A stretch of DNA of 58,181 nucleotides from IMG/VR virus record IMGVR_UViG_3300030330_005553, positions 1 to 58,181 of that record, one strand, 5' to 3'. Positions 17,474 to 27,866 of the stretch are shown here, one piece after another. Below the pieces are notes generated by a model, which worked only from the letters and a program-made list of their open reading frames with translations, was not told where the DNA came from and did not search any database. Each line of letters starts with the position of its first letter. Position 1 is the stretch's first letter. The stretch comes from a virus (lineage: Duplodnaviria; Caudoviricetes). The translations under genes were made by a program, and so were the position numbers.

Positions 17474-18521
17474 AGCCAACAAGAACCTATTATCGAAAAG
17501 GTTCAATGAATATAAAGAAGAAATATCTACTGAGCCTACTAGACGAAAACTTAACGACCACGCTCTATTAATAGATGGGTTGAATACATTCATCAGAGCC
17601 TTTTCGATAAATCCATCTTTGAATGAAGATGGAAGTCATGTCGGTGGACTAATTGGATTCTTAAAATCAGTTAGGTTTGCTGTAAACAAATTCAAACCAA
17701 CGAGATGTGTTATTGTGTTTGATGGTAAACACGGTTCTAAATCTAGACAAAAAGTATACGATGGTTACAAAGGTGGTAGGAAAGTAAGAACTAGATTAAA
17801 TCGTGTAGTGGATTGGGATATAAATGTCCAAAACGAAGCAGAGGCTATGAAGAGACAACTGAGTAGACTCGTGGAGTATATTGAAAACTTACCATTGACT
17901 ATATTATCTATTGATGGGTTAGAAGCAGATGATGTTATTGCTTATGCTACAAACACAGCACTGAAAGATTCTAAGATAACCATTATGTCCACCGATAAAG
18001 ATTTCTATCAGTTAGTTAGTGATAGGGTTCAAATGTATTCGCCGACAAAGAAGATAACCTATGATAAAGAATTGGTGAGAAAAGAGTTTGGAATTTACCC
18101 ACAAAATGTTCTAACTTGTAGGGTGATAGATGGTGATAGATCAGATAGCATACCTGGAGTTAAGGGTGTGGGTACTAAGAGTTTGGTAAAAGAATATCCT
18201 GAGTTATCTGAGGACAAACCATTTGACATAAAAACTTTATTGGATTCTGCTAAACAAAAATCCACGAGAATATCGAAGATGATAGTGGAAAGTGAATTGA
18301 TAATAAAAAGAAATTATTTGTTGATGCAACTGAAAGAACCAAATATAAACAATCATGCTAAGTTGAGAATACTAGATGCCATACGAGACTTAAAACCACA
18401 GATAGTAAAGTATAATCTACAAAAGTTATTAGTTCAAGATAAGCTATGGGGACAGATACCTAACTTTGACAATTGGGTTACAGAGTTTATAGAATTGAAT
18501 CATTATTGGAATAATCAATGA
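17466..18521 (+). CDS. 5'-3' exonuclease / T4 RNase H-like flap endonuclease
   Basis: LLIDGLN, VFDG, YKGGR, EADDVIA, STDKDF, GDRSDSIPGV; likely start ATG 17466. Confidence 0.92.
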   Translation: MSKANKNLLSKRFNEYKEEISTEPTRRKLNDHALLIDGLNTFIRAFSINPSLNEDGSHVGGLIGFLKSVRFAVNKFKPTRCVIVFDGKHGSKSRQKVYDGYKGGRKVRTRLNRVVDWDINVQNEAEAMKRQLSRLVEYIENLPLTILSIDGLEADDVIAYATNTALKDSKITIMSTDKDFYQLVSDRVQMYSPTKKITYDKELVRKEFGIYPQNVLTCRVIDGDRSDSIPGVKGVGTKSLVKEYPELSEDKPFDIKTLLDSAKQKSTRISKMIVESELIIKRNYLLMQLKEPNINNHAKLRILDAIRDLKPQIVKYNLQKLLVQDKLWGQIPNFDNWVTEFIELNHYWNNQ

Positions 18522-19879
18522 GTGAACAAAAGAATATATCGGAATACGGATTTAACTTTCAGGTAAAGTTTATTGTATGTCTGATTACAGATAAGTTATT
18601 TTTAGAACAAATATATGATATATTAGATGAAAAATATTTAGGTAATGATGCTTTTAAATGGTTGGTTAAGGAGATAAAAGAACATTATTCTAAGTATAAA
18701 AAAGTGATGACGATGGATGTGTTTAAGGTTCAGGTTGGTGGGGTTGATAATGACCTACTTAAACAGAATATTCTTGATACCTTACGAGAGGTAGTGAAGC
18801 ATCTAGAGTCAGAAGAGTTGGATTACATCAAGGATAAAGCTCTTGACTTTCACAAGACACAAGTATTGAAAGATGCCATACTTAGATCAGCACAGATACT
18901 AGAGGTGGATGGTGATGTAGAACAGATAAAGGTCATCGTTGATGATGCTATGAAAGCTGGAATGGAACGTGATATAGGTCATGATTATCTAGAGGATTTT
19001 GAGGAAAGATATTCTGAAACTGCTCGTGTAACTGCTCCAACACCTTGGGATTTAATTAATGAATTGATGCAGGGTGGATTAGGTCAAGGTGAGTTGGGTG
19101 TTGTTGTAGCACCAGCTGGTATCGGTAAGTCTTGGGTGTTAAGTGGTTTGGGTGCTTATGCTATATCCAAAGGGAAGAATGTTGTTCACTATACCTTAGA
19201 ATTAAATGAAAGTTATGTTGGATTGAGATACGATAGTATATTCAGTGGTGTTGAGAATCAGAATCTAAAATATCATAAGGAAGACATACAAGAAAAGATT
19301 TTCGACTTAGATGGTAAACTTACAATCAAGTATTATCCAACAAAGGCATGTACGGTAAATACATTGGGTGCTCATCTGAAAAAGGTAACATCATTTGGAA
19401 ACAATATAGATATGGTGTTGGTGGATTATGCCGACATCATGAGAGATGTAAACAAGACAACAGAGATGAGACATGCTCTTGGAAATATTTACGAGGACTT
19501 ACGAGGTTTGGCTGGTGAATTACAGGTTCCGATATGGACGGCAAGTCAGGCAAACAGAAGTGCTTTGGATGAAGATGTGATAGAAGCGACAAAGGTAGCA
19601 GAAAGTTATGCAAAGGTTATGACAGCCGACTTCGTAATGTCCTTGTCTCGTAAAGTAGAGGATAAGATAGGAAATACAGGTAGATTCCATGTGATCAAGA
19701 ATAGGTTCGGTCCTGATGGTTTGACATTTCCAGCAAAGATAAATACCAACATAGGTAAGATAGAGATATTCGAATCCACATCCAACCAAGGTAAGGAAGT
19801 TCAACAGAAGATAAGAAATAGGGATAATCAAACGAAACAGATGTTGTCTGCTCGTTATGATGATCTAATGAGTGATTAG
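18518..19879 (+). CDS. Replicative DnaB-family helicase (T4 gp41-like)
   Basis: Walker A APAGIGKS, LELNE, VDYAD, WTASQANR, KNRFG. Confidence 0.92.
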   Translation: MSEQKNISEYGFNFQVKFIVCLITDKLFLEQIYDILDEKYLGNDAFKWLVKEIKEHYSKYKKVMTMDVFKVQVGGVDNDLLKQNILDTLREVVKHLESEELDYIKDKALDFHKTQVLKDAILRSAQILEVDGDVEQIKVIVDDAMKAGMERDIGHDYLEDFEERYSETARVTAPTPWDLINELMQGGLGQGELGVVVAPAGIGKSWVLSGLGAYAISKGKNVVHYTLELNESYVGLRYDSIFSGVENQNLKYHKEDIQEKIFDLDGKLTIKYYPTKACTVNTLGAHLKKVTSFGNNIDMVLVDYADIMRDVNKTTEMRHALGNIYEDLRGLAGELQVPIWTASQANRSALDEDVIEATKVAESYAKVMTADFVMSLSRKVEDKIGNTGRFHVIKNRFGPDGLTFPAKINTNIGKIEIFESTSNQGKEVQQKIRNRDNQTKQMLSARYDDLMSD

Positions 19880-20909
19880 TAGTAGAAAAACCTTAACAGA
19901 GTATCTTGGTTATGAGGATTCGGATCTTAGGTTCTATGAGATTCTAAGTGATATAGATAATTACGATATAGATGCTGGTGTAGAAATAGTTTATCAGTAT
20001 TACAGAAAACATGGATTTCCATATTATCAAATCAGAGAAGATGAGAAGCATCAACATTTAAGAAAGATGCAAAGATTCAATGTGGACACAATATTCAAAG
20101 ACAATCAAATCATACAGACGATGCATGGGTTGAGATTGGCTTGGTCTTACTTCCCACATGCCTGGAGTGTGAAATGCGGTGGTGCAAAATATACACCGAT
20201 GGATATTTATACGAGTGACGAGAAGTTCAAAAGTGCTATTCGAAAGTGTTGGAAGTTATTCAATCGTATAAATGATAATACAATTAGAAAGATTCTAAAG
20301 ATACACACTAACTCACAAGCCGTGAGTAACTTTCGACCGAGTGCTGCTAAACTAATCTATGAGAAGTTTGGTGGTGATGTCATTTGGGATATGTCGTGCG
20401 GATGGGGTGGAAGACTCATTGGTTTTCTGGCAAGTTCAAGACCTAAGTACATTGGAACAGAACCATCGAGTAAAACATTTGAAGGATTGGAAAGGATAAA
20501 AAAAGATTTTAATTACTTGACAAAGTCAGTAGAATTACATAAATTAGGTAGTGAAGTTTTTGAGCCAGAGAAGGAATCTTTGGACTTGTGTTTCACTTCA
20601 CCACCTTACTTTGACACCGAGAAATACTCGGATGAGGAAACACAGAGCTATGTTAAGTATCCGACTAAGGATGAATGGGTAAATGGATTTTTACAGAAGA
20701 CTATTGAGAATTGCTACAGAGGATTGAAGGGTAATAAATATATGTTGATCAATATAGCAAACACACCAAAGTATAAATTCATTGAAGAGGAAACCATTAG
20801 GATATCTAAAGAGCTAGGGTTTAAACAAGAGAAAACAATCGAATTATCATTATCAAGTGTAATGGGTGCTGGATATAAATACGAACCAATATTTGTCTTT
20901 AAAAAATGA
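19872..20909 (+). CDS. DNA amino-methyltransferase (N4-C/N6-A)
   Basis: SAM motif DMSCGWGGRL and catalytic FTSPPYFD. Confidence 0.85.
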   Translation: MISSRKTLTEYLGYEDSDLRFYEILSDIDNYDIDAGVEIVYQYYRKHGFPYYQIREDEKHQHLRKMQRFNVDTIFKDNQIIQTMHGLRLAWSYFPHAWSVKCGGAKYTPMDIYTSDEKFKSAIRKCWKLFNRINDNTIRKILKIHTNSQAVSNFRPSAAKLIYEKFGGDVIWDMSCGWGGRLIGFLASSRPKYIGTEPSSKTFEGLERIKKDFNYLTKSVELHKLGSEVFEPEKESLDLCFTSPPYFDTEKYSDEETQSYVKYPTKDEWVNGFLQKTIENCYRGLKGNKYMLINIANTPKYKFIEEETIRISKELGFKQEKTIELSLSSVMGAGYKYEPIFVFKK

Positions 20910-20970
20910 GAATACTGTCAGTATATATTATATTTATATTTGGTGATAATTTATAAATCAAGGATGTTTC

Positions 20971-22983
20971 ATGAAAAAGAAATTTACATTATCGGATAAT
21001 TTTATCAGTAAATACAAAAGAAGAAAAGCCCCATTTGGTTTTAATGGATTGGGTGAGTTGGTTTATATGAGAACTTATTCGAGAATAAAAGACAATGGAA
21101 AGAATGAACGATGGTGGGAAACAGTACAGAGGGTGGTTGAAGGTACTTACACGATGCAAATGAATTGGATTGAATCACATCAATTAGGGTGGAATCCCTG
21201 GCAAGCACAAAAGTCAGCTCAAGAAATGTATGAGCGTATTTTTACTATGAAGTTCTTGCCACCTGGTCGAGGTCTGTGGGCCATGGGAACTCCCATTACA
21301 GAGGACAAAGGTTTATATGCCGCCCTAAACAATTGTGCTTTCGTATCTACGAAAACACTAAAGGAAGATTATTCAAAACCATTCTGCTTCCTTATGGATG
21401 CGAGTATGTTGGGTGTTGGTGTGGGATTTGACACCAAGGGTGCTGGAGAGATAATAGTTAAAGGTGTGGATGATAAAAGAGACCCACAAACCTTCGAGAT
21501 ACCAGATACTCGTGAGGGTTGGGTTGAGTCTCTAAAGTTATTGTTAGAAAGTTACTTTCATGGTCAAGCACCAGTTAGTTTTGATTACTCAAAGATACGA
21601 GCAGCTGGTGAACCTATCAGTGGTTTCGGTGGTGTTGCTAGTGGTCACGAACCATTAAAAGAAGTGCATAGAGAGATAAGACATGTATTAGAAGAAAATA
21701 GTGGAGAACCAATCACAATCACAACAATCGTGGATATCATGAATCTCATCGGTAAGTGTGTTGTGGCTGGTAATGTTAGGAGAACAGCAGAGATTGTATT
21801 CGGAGATCCACATTCAGAAGAGTATTTAGACCTAAAGAATTATAAAGTAAATCCACATAGGGAGACATATGGATGGACATCTAATAATAGTATATTCGCA
21901 GAATTGGGTATGGATTATACAGAGGCTGCCAAACGAATTGTGGATAATGGTGAGCCTGGATTTGCATGGTTAGATAATATGAGAAAGTATTCTCGTATGA
22001 AGAATGGTGGAGATAATAAAGATCATAGGGTCATGGGTGGCAATCCTTGTTTGGAACAGTCATTAGAAAGTTATGAATTATGTTGTTTGGTGGAAACATT
22101 TCCTGATAATCATGTAGACTTCGATGATTATGCTAAGACTTTGAAGTATGCTTATCTGTATGCTAAAACAGTAACATTGGGAAGAACCCATTGGAGTGAT
22201 ACAAACAGAGTGATGTTAAGAAACAGAAGAATTGGATGTTCGGTAAGTGGTGTTGCTCAATTCGTTACAAATCGTGGAATAGACAAATTTAGGGAGTGGT
22301 TAAACAATGGATATGATGTAATCCAAACATGGGATAAGAGTTATTCAGATTGGATGGCAGTGCCTCGTAGTATTAAAACCACAAGTGTAAAACCAAGTGG
22401 AACTGTATCCCTATTGGCTGGTGCTACACCTGGACTTCACTATCCTGAATCAAGATTTTATATCAGAAGAATTAGGTTATCAAAACATTCAGAATTATTA
22501 GAACCCTTGAAAAAGGCTGGATACTTAGTAGAACCAGCATTTGGTTCTGAAGATACTACTATGGTTGTCGAGGTGCCCGTAGATGTGGGAGAGGGAATCA
22601 GAACTGCTTCCGAACTCTCCATTTGGGAACAATTCTCATTAGCTGCGTTTTTACAACGACATTGGGCAGACAACCAAGTAAGTTGCACGGTTACATTCGA
22701 TCCTGAAACAGAGGCCGAACAAATTGCACCTTGTTTGAATTACTATCAGTATCACTTAAAAGGTATTTCGTTATTACCACGACATGATTATGGTGCTTAT
22801 CAACAAATGCCTTATGAAGCAATTGATGAAAAAGAATATAATAAACAAGTCAAGAAACTTGGTAAGCTATCTTTTGGTGTGATTAAGAATGAAGAAGCAG
22901 AGATAGATAAGTTTTGTAATAATGATTCTTGTGAAGTCATACCAATGCACGGTGATAATGACGATCAAGATTATTCATCATAA
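20971..22983 (+). CDS. nrdJ: Class II adenosylcobalamin-dependent ribonucleotide reductase (monomeric RTPR type)
   Basis: RTYSR, PPGRGLW, NNCAF, GNVRRTA, NPCLE, VKPSGT, C-terminal CNNDSC; no beta-subunit gene nearby. Confidence 0.92.
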   Translation: MKKKFTLSDNFISKYKRRKAPFGFNGLGELVYMRTYSRIKDNGKNERWWETVQRVVEGTYTMQMNWIESHQLGWNPWQAQKSAQEMYERIFTMKFLPPGRGLWAMGTPITEDKGLYAALNNCAFVSTKTLKEDYSKPFCFLMDASMLGVGVGFDTKGAGEIIVKGVDDKRDPQTFEIPDTREGWVESLKLLLESYFHGQAPVSFDYSKIRAAGEPISGFGGVASGHEPLKEVHREIRHVLEENSGEPITITTIVDIMNLIGKCVVAGNVRRTAEIVFGDPHSEEYLDLKNYKVNPHRETYGWTSNNSIFAELGMDYTEAAKRIVDNGEPGFAWLDNMRKYSRMKNGGDNKDHRVMGGNPCLEQSLESYELCCLVETFPDNHVDFDDYAKTLKYAYLYAKTVTLGRTHWSDTNRVMLRNRRIGCSVSGVAQFVTNRGIDKFREWLNNGYDVIQTWDKSYSDWMAVPRSIKTTSVKPSGTVSLLAGATPGLHYPESRFYIRRIRLSKHSELLEPLKKAGYLVEPAFGSEDTTMVVEVPVDVGEGIRTASELSIWEQFSLAAFLQRHWADNQVSCTVTFDPETEAEQIAPCLNYYQYHLKGISLLPRHDYGAYQQMPYEAIDEKEYNKQVKKLGKLSFGVIKNEEAEIDKFCNNDSCEVIPMHGDNDDQDYSS

Positions 22984-22994
22984 TAAAAAAACAC

Positions 22995-23024
22995 TTGACA
23001 TATATAGTATTTTATTCGTATATT
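22995..23024 (+). promoter_or_regulatory. Sigma70-type promoter TTGACA-18-TATATT with TTCG before the -10
   Basis: Same architecture as 11586 and 57355. Confidence 0.65.
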
Positions 23025-23056
23025 TACATATCGTAAATAGGAAAGTTATAATCTAA

Positions 23057-25567
23057 ATGTATCAAAATATTTGGTGTGAGAAGCGAGCAAGTAATCAAGT
23101 AGAGGTTCATCTTTGGGATGATAAGGCTGGTTATCAAAATTTTATCTTCAAGAACTATGCTTATGTAAAAGATGGTGCTGGCCAGTATCAATCTATCTAT
23201 GGTGATAAACTAAAGAAGGTGGGTTATTGGACAGAAGAAGATTTTAAAACTGGTCGTGTGTTTGAATCTGATATTCCATTAGAGACTAGAATATTGATTG
23301 ATAGGTATCCTGATTCTGATGATGTATCAGATAATCATCGTATCTTATATTATGATATTGAGGTTGAGGTTACCGATGGTTTTCCTGAACCAGCACAGGC
23401 TGAGAATAAGATTACATCCATAGCATTTCAAACATCACATGATGATAAGTCTTATGTCTATGTCTTGGGTGATAGGAAGGATGAACAGAAGAGTGGTGCT
23501 TTGGTTAGGTTTTTTAAGAATGAGGCAGACTTGTTACAAGAGTTTCTTAGGTTTTGGTTAGACGCTAAACCTACGATCATCAGTGGTTGGAATATAGATC
23601 AGTTTGACACACCTTATCTATATAATAGAATCAAAAAAGTTTTTGGTGAGGAGTTTGCTAATGCTCTATCACCTATTCAACAAGTCAGATATAATCAGAA
23701 CAAGAAGAAGTACAGAATTGCTGGTGTCAGTAGTTTGGATTATATCGAGTTGTATAGAAAGTTTACCTATGTTCAGAGATCAAGTTATCGCCTGGATTAC
23801 ATAGGTCAAATAGAAGTTGACATGGGCAAGGTCGAATACGAAGGTACATTGGATCAGTTGTTAGAAAATGATATTGATAAGTTTATAGAATATAATTTGG
23901 TTGATGTGAAGATTGTGGTGGCATTGGAGAATAAGTTGAAGTTGATTGACCTTGCTCGTGCTGTATCTCATATGGGTAGAATACCTTATGAGGAAGTTTA
24001 CTTTAGTTCTAGATATATCGAGGGTGCTATGTTGACTTATCTGCGTAAGTTAAATCTAGTTGCTCCTAGTAAGAGACACGATGCCAGTTATGATGATTCT
24101 GCTGGTAGATTCAGTGGTGCTTATGTAAAAGATCCAAAGCCTGGTCGTTACGAGTGGGTGTATGATTTGGATTTGACCTCGATGTATCCATCTACCATTA
24201 TGTCTCTTAATATCTCACCTGAAACCAAGATTGGTAAGTTGGCTGGTTGGGATGCTGAGGAGTTTATCAAGGGTGAGCAGAAGACTTATTCATTCTATCA
24301 AGGTAAGGAAAAGTTAAGAACATTCTCGACTGGTGAGTTAAAAGATTTCTTTAATAAAAATGAGGTGTCGGTAGCCTCAAATGGTGTTGTCTATAAAACA
24401 TCTCAACGCGGTATCATACCAGCGATACTTGAAAAGTGGTTCAACGAAAGAGTCGAATACAAGGGTTTGTCCAAGAAGTATGGTAAGGAAGGTAACGATG
24501 AACTGCATGGTTATTTTGATAGGAGACAATATGTTCAGAAGATTCTTCTGAATAGTTTCTATGGCGTATTGGGTTTGACCGTGTTTAGGTTTTACGATAT
24601 AGATAATGCCGAGGCTACCACCACCACAGGTGTGAAGTTGATTCAGTTCACAGAGAAGGTAACGAATCACTATTACAATAATCTCTTGGGTACAGATGAG
24701 GATTATTGTATCTACACTGATACTGATTCTGTATTCTATTCTGCCATACCCTTGGTGAAGAAGAGATATCCTGATGCTGATATTAAGGATGATAAGTTTA
24801 TGACCGAGCAGATTCTAGATATTGCCTCCGAGGTTCAAGAGTATATCAATAAATCCTACATGTATTTTGCTAATAAGTTTCTAAACATTGGTGAGGATCA
24901 TAGGTTTGATATCAAACAAGAGGTGATTGCTAAGTCTGCTTTTTGGGTAACTAAAAAGAGGTATGGTCAGTGGATTATCAATGATGGTGGATTGGAGTGT
25001 GAGAAGTTAGATGTAAAAGGTTTGGATATTGTGAGGAGTTCATTTCCACCAGCATTTCAAAAGTTTATGACAAATGTGTTGAAGGCTATTCTACACAATT
25101 ATGAAAAGGATAAGATAGATCAATTTATACTAAAGTTCAAAAGTAGTTTGAGTGATCACAATATAGATGATATTGCTCTACCAAGTGGTGTGAAAGGTAT
25201 GACAAAGTACAAAGGAACTAAGAGTGGTGGTATATTCAGAACACCGAAGAGTGGTACACCAGCTCATGTCAAAGCTTCTCTGGCATATAATGATTTACTA
25301 TCTCATTACAAATCTAATCACTTAGAACCGATTAGAAATGCCAGTAAGATCAAATGGGTTTATCTAAAGAATAATCCATTTCAGTTAGATGCTTTGGCTT
25401 ATAAGGGATATGATGATCCCAAAGAATTGATGAATTTCATCAAACAATATATCGATAGGGATAAGTTATACAATCGTGCTCTAAATAAAAAGATACAGAT
25501 GTTCTATGATGCTTTGTCTTGGGATATGCCGATTGATAAACAAAATTCTATTGAAAGATTCTTCTAA
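23057..25567 (+). CDS. Family-B DNA polymerase (T4 gp43-like)
   Basis: Exo DIEV, GWNIDQFD, YNLVD; Pol DLTSMYPS, KILLNSFYG, YTDTDS, KKRY; ends QNSIERFF. Confidence 0.96.
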   Translation: MYQNIWCEKRASNQVEVHLWDDKAGYQNFIFKNYAYVKDGAGQYQSIYGDKLKKVGYWTEEDFKTGRVFESDIPLETRILIDRYPDSDDVSDNHRILYYDIEVEVTDGFPEPAQAENKITSIAFQTSHDDKSYVYVLGDRKDEQKSGALVRFFKNEADLLQEFLRFWLDAKPTIISGWNIDQFDTPYLYNRIKKVFGEEFANALSPIQQVRYNQNKKKYRIAGVSSLDYIELYRKFTYVQRSSYRLDYIGQIEVDMGKVEYEGTLDQLLENDIDKFIEYNLVDVKIVVALENKLKLIDLARAVSHMGRIPYEEVYFSSRYIEGAMLTYLRKLNLVAPSKRHDASYDDSAGRFSGAYVKDPKPGRYEWVYDLDLTSMYPSTIMSLNISPETKIGKLAGWDAEEFIKGEQKTYSFYQGKEKLRTFSTGELKDFFNKNEVSVASNGVVYKTSQRGIIPAILEKWFNERVEYKGLSKKYGKEGNDELHGYFDRRQYVQKILLNSFYGVLGLTVFRFYDIDNAEATTTTGVKLIQFTEKVTNHYYNNLLGTDEDYCIYTDTDSVFYSAIPLVKKRYPDADIKDDKFMTEQILDIASEVQEYINKSYMYFANKFLNIGEDHRFDIKQEVIAKSAFWVTKKRYGQWIINDGGLECEKLDVKGLDIVRSSFPPAFQKFMTNVLKAILHNYEKDKIDQFILKFKSSLSDHNIDDIALPSGVKGMTKYKGTKSGGIFRTPKSGTPAHVKASLAYNDLLSHYKSNHLEPIRNASKIKWVYLKNNPFQLDALAYKGYDDPKELMNFIKQYIDRDKLYNRALNKKIQMFYDALSWDMPIDKQNSIERFF

Positions 25568-25585
25568 AACAAACCTGGAGTTACA

Positions 25586-26302
25586 ATGAATAAAATAACA
25601 TTAGACACTTTCATACAGAAATATAATCTTGGTGGATCAGTAAACTCTGTCAAGTGGATTTCTGATGGGACAACACTTTCAACAAAATTTATATCAGGCG
25701 ATAAGTCTTTGTTGGGACATGTTGAATTAGTAAAACAAACCTTGCCTGTATTTGAAGTCGGTGTATATGATACTGCTCAACTAGCAAAGATGTTAGGGAC
25801 TTTATCAGACAGTATTGAGTTCGAAGTAAATGAGGTGGATGGGACACCTACGAATTTTCATCTTTACGATAAGGTTCTTTCGGTTGATTATGTTTTGGCT
25901 GCTCTTGGTGTAATACCTGATGTTCCAGATTTAAAAAGTTTACCAGATTTTGACACTTTGGTAAATCTTGATTCTCAGTTCATCAATTCATTTATCAAAA
26001 GTAAAGGTGCTCTTGCCGATGTAGAACATTTTACAGTTCAACCATCTGATGGTGGAGTTGAATTTACTATTGGATATTCTGATATGAATTCTAATCGTAT
26101 ATCATTAAAGGCACAGAGTGGTGCTGTCAGTATCACCGACCCGATCACATTCAATGCTGATCTTTTCAAAGAGGTGTTGAGTGCTAACAAAGAATGTTCT
26201 AAGTGTGAGTTACAGATATCTACAAAAGGTCTTGCTCATGTTGAGTTTAAGGTAGATGACTTTGTTGCGAAGTATTGGTTAGTAGCACAACAAGGTAATT
26301 AG
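25586..26302 (+). CDS. Sliding clamp (gp45/PCNA-like)
   Basis: 238 aa beta-rich; between PolB and clamp loader; C-terminal ISTKGLAHVEF...KYWLVA. Confidence 0.75.
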   Translation: MNKITLDTFIQKYNLGGSVNSVKWISDGTTLSTKFISGDKSLLGHVELVKQTLPVFEVGVYDTAQLAKMLGTLSDSIEFEVNEVDGTPTNFHLYDKVLSVDYVLAALGVIPDVPDLKSLPDFDTLVNLDSQFINSFIKSKGALADVEHFTVQPSDGGVEFTIGYSDMNSNRISLKAQSGAVSITDPITFNADLFKEVLSANKECSKCELQISTKGLAHVEFKVDDFVAKYWLVAQQGN

Positions 26303-26303
26303 T

Positions 26304-27212
26304 ATGAGTTCACATGGACTATGGGTGGAACGTTACCGACCACAAGACCTATCGACTTATGTCGGTAACGAACACCTTAAAACTAAAGTAGAGAGGTTCT
26401 TAGATGATGGAAATATCCCACATTTATTACTTTATGGCAGAGCTGGCGGTGGAAAGACCACACTTGCTAAAATTATTGTTAATAATACTGAGTGTGATTA
26501 TCTGTATATTAATGCTTCAGATGAAAGGAATATTGATCTCGTCAGAGACAAGTTAAAGACATTTGCTTCCTCTGTTGGTTTTAAACCAATGAAGGTTGTG
26601 ATATTGGATGAGGCTGATTACTTGAATGTAAACTCTGCTCAACCAGCATTAAGAAACCTAATGGAGACTTTTTCTGCTCACTGTCGATTCATCTTGACAT
26701 GTAACTATGTAGAGAAGATCATTGATCCGATACAAAGTAGGTGTCAGACATACAAGATCATACCACCATCCAAGAAAGAGGTCGCTGTTCATGCCAAAAC
26801 TATCCTTGAGAAAGAGAATATTTCTTTCGACTTGGATGATCTGGCTCTAGTGGTAACTGCTGGATATCCTGATCTTCGTAAGGTGATCAATGAACTACAG
26901 AGAATGTCGATCAATGGTAAACTAACTGTTGATAAAGATGGGATGATTCATAATGAGTTCAAACTTCAGTTTCTTGATGCTATCAGAAATGGAGAGAGTA
27001 TAGGGACTATTCGTAAAATGGTTGCGGATAGTAATTTCACAGAGTATACCGAACTCTATAGACTTCTGTATGATGAGGTTGAGAGTTTTGGTGTAGACAA
27101 GATGCCGGAGATCATAGCTGATATATCCAAAGGTTCGTATCAAGATGTGTTGGTTGTGGATAAAGAGATAAACTTTATCGCTACAGTATCAAACATTCTA
27201 GGGAGAATATAA
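26304..27212 (+). CDS. Clamp loader AAA+ subunit (gp44/RFC-small-like)
   Basis: WVERYRP, GRAGGGKT, INASDER, LDEAD, QSRC. Confidence 0.93.
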   Translation: MSSHGLWVERYRPQDLSTYVGNEHLKTKVERFLDDGNIPHLLLYGRAGGGKTTLAKIIVNNTECDYLYINASDERNIDLVRDKLKTFASSVGFKPMKVVILDEADYLNVNSAQPALRNLMETFSAHCRFILTCNYVEKIIDPIQSRCQTYKIIPPSKKEVAVHAKTILEKENISFDLDDLALVVTAGYPDLRKVINELQRMSINGKLTVDKDGMIHNEFKLQFLDAIRNGESIGTIRKMVADSNFTEYTELYRLLYDEVESFGVDKMPEIIADISKGSYQDVLVVDKEINFIATVSNILGRI

Positions 27213-27463
27213 TGAACATGAAACCAAGAAAACCATTTCCACAACCAAAGAAACAACAAGTTCAGGTTGATCTGAAAAATGCTGAGACTATGAAATGTGC
27301 CAAGTGCGATAACTCGATATTTATTCAAGGATATGTGATAAAAAAGATATCTGCGATTGTATCACCAACTGGTGAAGAGGTGATAGCACCAGTTCAAGTA
27401 TTCAACTGTGGAAGTTGCGGGGAACTCTTACCTTTATCCAAGGAATTAGATGAACTTATTTAA
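27212..27463 (+). CDS. Small zinc-ribbon protein
   Basis: CAKC...CGSC. Confidence 0.65.
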   Translation: MNMKPRKPFPQPKKQQVQVDLKNAETMKCAKCDNSIFIQGYVIKKISAIVSPTGEEVIAPVQVFNCGSCGELLPLSKELDELI

Positions 27464-27866
27464 ATGGATAAATGAACTATTTGTCGGTAAACGAGATTGG
27501 GATTCTTTTTCGGATGCCGACAAGAAGTCATTCTCACCTTTCATGGTGATTAGGTATCTCAGCATGGGTAAAGATTTCTTACCTTTGGTAAATCATATGC
27601 AGAACTACTGTATTCAAGATATGCCACACAAAGCTGTGTATCAGTTTTGGTGTGGTGTCTTACCAAAGAAAAAGACTTACTTGAAATATATCAAGGGTAA
27701 GAAAGATAAATTCAATAAAGAGATCATTGATTATTTGGTTGAGTATTTCGAGGTAAGTAGATTACAAGCATCGGAGTACATTCAATTGATGCCAAAGGAT
27801 AGTATGAAAGACTTATTAAGAGAGTTCGGTAAAACCGAAAAAGAGATTAAGAAATTAGTCAGATGA
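27450..27866 (+). CDS. Clamp loader small subunit (gp62-like)
   Basis: FSPFMVIRYLSM, YFEVS...ASEY pattern; synteny. Confidence 0.7.
   Translation: MNLFKWINELFVGKRDWDSFSDADKKSFSPFMVIRYLSMGKDFLPLVNHMQNYCIQDMPHKAVYQFWCGVLPKKKTYLKYIKGKKDKFNKEIIDYLVEYFEVSRLQASEYIQLMPKDSMKDLLREFGKTEKEIKKLVR

Noticed and set aside
20971-25567. Introns or inteins in RNR, PolB, helicase or RecA
   Set aside because: Normal lengths and contiguous motifs; no intein signatures
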